Shown here: piece by piece, positions 56,505 to 64,000 of the stretch
Layout: every line of letters begins with the position of its first letter
Numbering within the stretch: position 1 is the first letter of the stretch
Position numbers and translations under genes: made by a program
The notes under the pieces: generated by a model
The model's input: the letters and a program-made list of their open reading frames with translations, nothing else
Database searches by the model: none
What the model was told of the DNA's origin: nothing
Source: Macrostomum lignano
Taxonomy: Eukaryota
NCBI GenBank assembly: GCA_002269645.1
Contig: NIVC01000432.1
Coordinates: 62,001-126,000, forward strand
Length of the DNA: 64,000 nucleotides
Reading direction: 5' to 3'

Positions 56505-57638
56505 AATTTCTCAAATGCCACCTGTCTCACCCAAATCTCACCTGTCTCACTCAAATCTCACCTGTCTCACTCAAATCTCACCTGTCTCACTCAAATCTCA
56601 CCTGTTTGACTCAAATCTCACCTGTCTCACTCAAATCTCACCTGTCTCACTCAAATCTCACTTGTTTGACTCAAATCTCACCTGTCTCACTCAAATTTCA
56701 CCTGTCTCACTCAAATCTCACCTGTCTCACTCAAATCTCACCTGTCTCACTCAAATCTCACCTGTTTCACTCAAATCTCACCCGTCTCACTTAAATCTCA
56801 CCTGTCTCACTCAAATCTCACCTGTCTCACTCAAATCTCACCTGTCTCACTCAAATCTCACCTGTCTCACTCAAATCTCACCTGTTTCACTCAAATTTCA
56901 CCTGTCTCACTCAAATCTCACCTGTCTCACTCAAATCTCACCTGTTTCACTCAAATTTCACCTGTCTCACCCAAATCTCACCTGTCTCACTCAAATCTCA
57001 CCTGTCTCACTCAAATCTTACCTGTCTCACTCCAATCTCACCTGTCTCACTCAAATCTCACCTGTCTCACTCAAATCTCACCTGTCTCACTCAAATCTCA
57101 CCTGTCTCACCCAAATCTCACCTGTCTCACTCAAATCTCACCTGTCTCACTCAAATCTTACCTGTCTCACTCCAATCTCACCTGTCTCACTCAAATCTCA
57201 CCTGTCTCACTCAAATCTCACCTGTCTCACTCAAATCTCACCTGTCTCACTCAAATCTCACCTGTCTCACTCAAATCTCACCTGTCTCACTCAAATCTCA
57301 CCTGTTTCACTCAAATCTCACCTGTCTCACTCAAATCTCACCTGTCTAACTCAAATCTCACCTGTCTCACTCAAATCTCACCTGTTTCACTCAAATCTCA
57401 CCTGTCTCACTCAAATCTCACCTGTTTGACTCAAATCTCACCTGTATCACTCAAATCTCACCTGTCTCACCCAAATCTCACCTGTTTCACTCAAATCTCA
57501 CCTGTCTCACTCAAATCTCACCTGTTTGACTCAAATCTCACCTGTCTCACTCAAATCTCACCTGTCTCACCCAAATCTCACCTGTCTCACTCAAATCTCA
57601 CCTGTCTCACTCAAATCTCACCTGTCTCACTCAAATCT
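56505..57638. repeat. 20-bp minisatellite (CACCTGTCTCACTCAAATCT)
   Basis: About 56 copies between the convergent amt and MOV10 3' ends. Confidence 0.97.
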
Positions 57639-57764
57639 AATGTCCATAATCCTCACTCAAACACCAAGTCTCATAAAAAATTCTTTCAAATTCTCTCCCA
57701 TGTCTCGTTCGATCTTAGCCGCTACAATCAGCAATTGAAATTGTCAAAGTACACAGTGCACTCA

Positions 57765-60700
57765 TCAAGCTTCAACCGGCGGCGGTTTAAAGTGACAACC
57801 GACATAGCAACTGTTGTCAAGTGCGTAGCGAATCAAAGCCAGCCAGCAGGGGTCGGCGGCCAGCAGGTGCGGATTGCCGACCACCACCAGCAGCCCGGCG
57901 GCTCTCGACACCGACACGTTGAAGCGGCGTGGACTGGCCAGGAAGCCGAGGCGGTGGTGCCGGTCGAAGGCTAGAAGGTCCGGCTGGCTGCGGACTGTGG
58001 ACAGCACGATGGCCTGCCGCTCCTGGGGAAAGTTCACCGGTATCTGTATGCAAAATTTCCTACCGGTGATTATCACCTGGGGACACCGGTTCACCGGTAT
58101 CTGTATGCAATATTTCCTACCGGTGATTATCACTTGGGGACACCGGTTCACCGGTATCTGTATGCAATATTTCCTACCGGTGATTATCACTTGGGGAGAC
58201 CACTGCACCGGTAAATATCCCCAGGGGAGACCATTTCACCGGTGAATATCATCTGGGGAGACCACTGCACCGGTGAATATCACGTGGGGAGACCACCGCA
58301 CCGGTGAATATCACCTGGGGAGACCACTGCACCGGTGAATATCACCTGGGGAGACCACTGCACCGGTGAATATCACCTGGAGAGACCACTGCACCGGTGA
58401 ATATCACCTGGGGAGACCACTGCACCGGTGAATATCACCTGGAGAGACCACTGCACCGGTGAATATCACCTGGGGAGACCACTGCACCGGTGAATATAAC
58501 CTGGGGAGACCACTGCACGGGTATCACGTCGGCAAACCCGCAGTCTGGCCGTCCCTCACCTGTCCCTGAAACTCCTCCACCGAGGCCACTCGCACATCCG
58601 GCGAGTCGGTGGCCAGCAGCATCGCCCGGATCTTCTCCGCCTGCTTCCGGTAGGGCGTCACCACCCCGATGCCGTCCTCCACGTCGGCCAGCCCAGGCCA
58701 GTGGGCGAGCAAATCGATGACGTAACGCGTCACCAGCACAGTCTCGGCTGGATTAAACCAGGACGGCGAGTCGCCTTCCCGACGATCGTCGCCGATAACG
58801 CCGTGGAATAGCAGCGGCAGGTGAGGATTAGGCAGACTCGGCCAGGTGAGAAACCGGTTGCCAGAGGCCGGATCAACGCACGGGATTAGCTCAGAGTGGT
58901 AGAACAGACTCGAGTACACTTGCAGCAGGCCCGGGTGACTGCGGTAGTTCTGCAGCAGCTTCGTGACCAGCAGGGGGTCGTAGCCGTCGTCCGGGTAGCG
59001 GCCGGGACAGCGGGCGTAGGCTGGCGAGGACTCGAGCAGGCGGTGCAGCAGCGACTCGCCAAGGCCGAACTTCTGCGCCCAGGGGGACTGGACCACCGGG
59101 CCCAGCTGCATGGGGTCGCCAGCCAGCACGACCTTTTAATTGAGGGGTAGGGGGGTGGTGTCGTTTCAGGTAACACAGGTAAAACAGGAAAGAAGTGACT
59201 CTAAGACGACTCTAAAACAACAAGATGTCACGATAGAAGTCGCCAAAAAGTCAACGAGTCGCCTAAGAGACTCACTTTTGTCTGCGTCTGATGTAACGGG
59301 ATGTTGCGGGATATGGCAAGGGAAATTTTTCAAAAGTATCTCCGATCCCCGTGCACCTCCTGAGCAGAGCCGTCGAGACTGGGCCAGGTTTTTTACCAGG
59401 CCTGCTGACTCCCGCTCTGCTGCACCCCCTGCTGCCTCGGCTCCGTCTCCCACGCCGCCACGCATGCCTTTCCGGAGCGCCTACCCCTCTCTGTACCTCA
59501 CCCGCTACCCTGTTTCCCAGGCGTTCTACCCTATCTATCATGTACTTTTCCCGCTTCCCATCTTTTTGTCTCTTTTTGCACTGTTTTCCTGCGCTGTCCC
59601 CCTCTTCTGGTACCTACTGACGGTACTTTGTGCGCTCACCGTCACCCCATCCCTTACTAAAACTCCCAAATGGTGACGCAAGTCTTGTGACTTCTCTTTC
59701 CTCTCGATGACTCATGCTTCAAGAGTCAGTTTAAAGCATTTTATTGCCTGCGATGCGACTCAGAGGCCGTAAGGTCATATCTGAGGCCAGAGTTGCTGTA
59801 GAATCTTCCAGGCACCCAAGCTGGCGCAACGCCTCTGGCGAAATAATCCCACATCCAGCAGCGCTGAGGCGATTCTGCTCATTCCGCTGGCTCCTGAGCT
59901 CTTTGCTATAGGGGCGTAGATGAGAACTGATAAGAATTGGGGGGGGGGGGGCGCAGACTGCTACTCCTAACCCGAACCCGACCAGCCTCTATCACCTGCT
60001 CGCTAGCCAGACTAATAGGCAGCAACAGCTCTGGCTCGGTGGCCTGGCCAGCTTCATCAATCAGCGCGTGCGTGAAGTGGCCTCTGCGCAGTCGGAGCCC
60101 GTGTAGCCAGCCGGTGGTGACGCAGGTGGCCACCAGGACGCGGTGCATCGCGGCTCGGCCGAGTCGATCCGGCCCGACCGACGCGGCGGCCACTGCCGGT
60201 GTCGTCACCGACTCGACGTCTTTCCGACGAGCGGCGTTGAGCCGCACCAGCTGTCCGGCGGACACCCGGCCGGACGCGAGCAGCCGGTCGGCCAGCTGGT
60301 CAGCGGCCGAGTTGGACGGGGCGCAGACGAGCAAGCGAGAGTCGGGCAGGCGGTTGAGCAGCTGCAGGGCGCACTCGACCAGGGTGACGGTCTTGCCCGT
60401 GCCCGGCGGTCCGAACACCACGTAGGGCCGCGGGCGACGCCGGCCGGCCAGGATTCGGCGGACGGCGCAGCGCTGGCGCTCGTTCAGCCGGCTGTTGAAA
60501 AACTCCAAACTGCGGCAACATGCTTGCGGCGGTTTAACGTCGGCGGAATCGAGCTCCGGGAAGAGGGTCGGCCAGGGCAGCGAGCTGGACGAGCCGGCCA
60601 GCGACACAGCGTGATGGCAGCGCCGGTAGCCGGTGCGGTTGACGCAGAACTGCACGCTGAAGGTGCACGGCGACTGGCTTGGCAGCGTCTGGGCCAGGGC

Positions 60701-63429
60701 CGAGTGCAGGTGCGGATGGAACTTCAGCAGAGCCTGGCTGCAGCGCAGCTCGTGCACGTAGCCTTCGTAGCCTGGGTCGGCGGGGCGCGAGTTCAGGGCC
60801 TCCAGCTGCTGAAGGCTGGCGTTGGGACGGGCCCGGACCTGCGAGGGGATCGACGATGAGATTGATAATGAGACTCGGGTGATGACATTGATGAGACTCA
60901 GGTGATGAGATTGATGAGACTCAGGTGATGAGATTGATGAGACTCAGGTGATGAGATTGATGAGACTCAGGTGATGAGATTAATGAGATTCGGGTGATGA
61001 GATCGATGAGACTCAGGTGATGAGATTGATGAGACTCAGGTGATGAGATGGATGAGACTCAGGTGATGAGATTGATGAGACCTGATCAGGTGATGAGATT
61101 GATGAGGCTCAGGTGATGAGATTGATGAGACTCTGGTGATGAGATTGATGAGACTCAGGTGATGAGATTGATGAGACTTAGGTGATAAGATGGATGAGAT
61201 TGATGAGAATTTAGTCATGATTTGAGAAGATTACTGAGGGTTGATGAGTGCTGAGAATATTGATGCGTAGGAACCGCATAGAGAAATCACTTCAAAGCCT
61301 CAAAGCTAACAAAAAATCGGTTTCTGCAAGCAAATGAAGCCATCCCAATTCCATAGCAACGAGTTTACCTTGTCCCCAAACAGTAGGCTGGGCCTGCCCT
61401 CGGCCAGTCCGGGCACCTCCAGCGCCAAGTACTGCCGTCCGGGCCCGGCCGGTTCCAGCATGGCCAAGTCCAGGCTGTACTGACGCAGAGACAGCGCCTC
61501 GGCCAGCTCCTCCAAGTGCAGCAGGGCGCTCAGTTTGGCCGCATAGCAACGGCCCGGCGACAGCGGCTCGGCCAGACTCGGCCAGCCGGCCAGAAGGCGC
61601 CGCTCGATTTCCGCTTCGTCGTCGTCTTTGTTGTCGTCTCCGTCGCCGTCGCCATCGCCGGCGCCCAGGATGAGGCGGGCCATGGACGGCGGTGGCTGGT
61701 GCTGGCCGAGGCGGTGCGGCAGCCGGATGGTCTCGGGGCCGCGGGCCGGCCGAACACCGGGCAGGACTCGGGCGGAGTCGACGTCGCCGGTGTCGTAAAT
61801 CTGGCTGTCGAAGCCGGCGACGTGTCGGCGAGCGCCGCGGCCGAAGCTGGCGTACGGCCTCGGAGTTGTTGCCGATGACGCCGCCGACTGCAGAGGGCCC
61901 GAGTCGCAGAGCGGATCGGCGACTGTGACTGTGAGCGACAGACCGACTGAGAACTCGGCGAATTCCACGATGCACAGCTGCGTGTCCGTGCCGGGCAGGC
62001 GGCAGAGGCAGCGGATGAGCATCTGGATTGAGGAGGATAAGGGGGCGGATGAGCATCTGGATGGAGGATGAGGGGGCGGATGAGGATCTGGATGGGGGGA
62101 TAAGCGGGCGGATGAGCATCTGGCTGGAGGATGAGAGGGGGGATAAGCATCTGGATGGGGGGGATAAGGGAGCGGATTAGGGGCGGATAAGGGGGCGGAT
62201 GAGGATCTGGATGGAGCGGAAAAGTAGGCAGATGAGGATCTAGATGGGGCGGATAAGGGGAGGATGAGGATCTAGATGGGGCGGATAAGGGGAGGATGAG
62301 GATCTGGATGGAGGATGAGGGGGCGGATGAGGATCTGGATAGGGGGATAAAGAGGCGGATAAGGATCCAGATGGGGAGGATAAGGGGGTGGATGAAGCTC
62401 TGAATGGGGCGGATAAGGGGGCGGATGAAGCTCTGAATGGGGCGGATAAGGGGGCGGATGAGGATCTGGATGGGGCGGATGGGGATCTGGATGGGGCGGA
62501 TGAGAATCTGGATGGGGATGGGGGCGATTCAGGGGGCGGATGAAGCTCTGAATGGGGCGGATAAGGGGGCGGATGAGGATCTGGATGGGGCGGGTAAGGG
62601 GGCGGATGAGGATCTAGATGTGGAGGATAAGGGGGCGGATGAGGATCTGGATTGGGCGAATAAAGGGGCGGATAAGGATCCAGATGGGGAGGATAAGGGG
62701 GTGGATGAGGATCTGGATGGGGAGATAAAGGGGCGGATGAGGATCTGGATGGGGCGGACGAGGATCTGGATGGGGCTGATGAGAATCTGGATGGGGCTGA
62801 TGAGAATCTGGATGGGGCTGATGAGGATCTGGATGGGGATGGGGGCGATTCAGGGGGCGGATGAAGCTCTGAATGGGGCGGATAAGGGGGCGGATGAGGA
62901 TCTGGATGGGGCGGCTAAGGGGGCGGATGAGGATCTGGATGGGGCGGCTAAGGGGCGGATGAGGATCTGGATGGGGCGGCTAAGGGGGCGGATGAGGATC
63001 TGGATTGGGCGGCTAAGGGGGCGGATTAGGATATGGATTATTAAATTATTTTATTCAAAATAATTAAATTTCTCAAACCTCCACAGAATCGCCAGGAGAA
63101 ACAGTCAGCCTCGCATCGCCCTCTTCCTTGACCACACAGAACTGGTCATTGGTAGTCGAGTCTACCCGAGCGCCAAGCCACACAATAGGCTCATCTCCCG
63201 CATTTGTAATGGAGACTTTGCGCTCCAAATCTGAGCCCAGGCTTGCCCGACTAAAATTACAAATAGGCGGCTGAAACTGGACACCGGCAGCGTGAGGATC
63301 GGTCAAGGAGCTGCCAGCAGACACCGTCAACAGGTGGGATTCGTGTGGCACCATGGTGCCGAGGTCCCACATCTGCGACCAGGTGTTGCCAGTCTGGGCC
63401 TGGTCTTCTTCGCCAAGATGGACAACCAC
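57765..63429 (-). CDS. MOV10: MOV10/Armitage/SDE3-like SF1B RNA helicase (5' end uncertain)
   Basis: Exons ~63429-63079, 62022-61369, 60838-59996, 59132-58560, 58022-57765, all phase-0 junctions. YAAKLSALLHLEE; LEVPGLAEGRPSLLFGDKV; VFGPPGTGKTVTLVE; LIDEAGQATEPE; LAGDPMQLGPVV; LLQNYRSHP; SWFNPAE; VVTPYRKQ; SVEEFQGQERQ; RRFNVSVSRA. Confidence 0.92.
58030..58525. repeat. intronic tandem arrays: ~53-bp x3 grading into ~31-bp units (GGGGAGACCACTGCACCGGTGAATATCACCT)
   Basis: Fills the last MOV10 intron. Confidence 0.92.
60855..61205. repeat. 23-bp intronic minisatellite (GGTGATGAGATTGATGAGACTCA)
   Basis: About 14 copies. Confidence 0.93.
62023..63035. repeat. G-rich degenerate minisatellite (GGGGCGGATGAGGATCTGGAT / GGATAAGGGG)
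   Basis: Fills a MOV10 intron. Confidence 0.92.
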
Positions 63430-63697
63430 AGCCCGATAGTTGCAAGTGCGGCTCTGGGGCGGGATTATGTTGAGCGGTTATCGATTCATTATTTAATTAC
63501 GGCATCGTCTTAAAATGACAAAAAACTCGTTTTCTCCTACTAACAGTAGATTAAGGACAAGCGAACATCGTTATTCGTTAGGATACGTATTTTATTAATT
63601 GCAAATGAAGACAGTCAGTTTAATAGTAGAAGAGAGAGGGGTTTCATGACTAGAATTCGCACTGTCTACCTGACATATAGGAGCTTTTTAATTCACC

Positions 63698-63985
63698 CTG
63701 GCGCATTTTAAGCGACATTGTCACACAACCGGCGAGAGGCATTACTGCTCATTTCACAGACTCCCCTGAGCAGGCACACAAGCGCGCGGATACGTACGAA
63801 GTCATACGCACAGGCACACACTCACACAGGAGTGTACAGTGGCCCTAACTTCATTTATCTTTAGGCATGTACACTTCACTGTGCCTTGGGGGTTGAGCCT
63901 CAAGGGCGTTAATTGCACGAGCAGAGCCAAGCCGAGATTCCAATTCAGCCCCCAAATTAATTTGACTGCACTTGGAATCGAGCCT
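63698..63985 (-). mobile_element. third copy of the tRNA-derived SINE, truncated just upstream of the B box
   Basis: Reverse complement of ~8168-8465. Confidence 0.85.
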
Positions 63986-64000
63986 TAAAGGCTTTATTTC

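Noticed and set aside
56462-57974. Long SHSNLTCLTQISPVSLK ORFs
   Set aside because: Translation of a 20-bp tandem repeat.
59140-59676. 178-aa plus-strand ORF within a MOV10 intron
   Set aside because: No recognisable homology and compositionally biased; not supportable without expression data.
62437-63063. 208-aa GADEDLDG ORF
   Set aside because: G-rich intronic minisatellite of MOV10.

Overview
This is eukaryotic (metazoan) genomic DNA. It has GC-rich, CAG-rich coding exons, GT-AG introns, and almost every long intron is filled by its own minisatellite. That style resembles the free-living flatworm Macrostomum, but the organism is an inference. Genes I can support, in order: an intronless DH-PH RhoGEF (+), CCDC169-like (-), a compact MutL/MLH3-like C-terminal endonuclease ORF (+), an intronless EF-hand rhomboid protease (-), EPS8-like (+), adenylate kinase 1 (+), ZNF830 (+), an Amt ammonium transporter (+) and a MOV10/Armitage-like RNA helicase (-, 5' end uncertain). 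Mobile DNA: a young, internally deleted Mag-like Ty3/gypsy LTR element in ZNF830 intron 1; two stacked LINE 3' ends next to a relic Polinton/adintovirus-type packaging ATPase; a tRNA-derived SINE family (3 copies); a CORE-like SINE; and several fold-back/MITE elements, one of which has expanded a terminal arm into an 80-bp tandem array. Most long ORFs in the ORF track are translations of tandem repeats or antisense shadows. All homology calls come from motif recognition by eye, no searches were run, and repeat boundaries are approximate.
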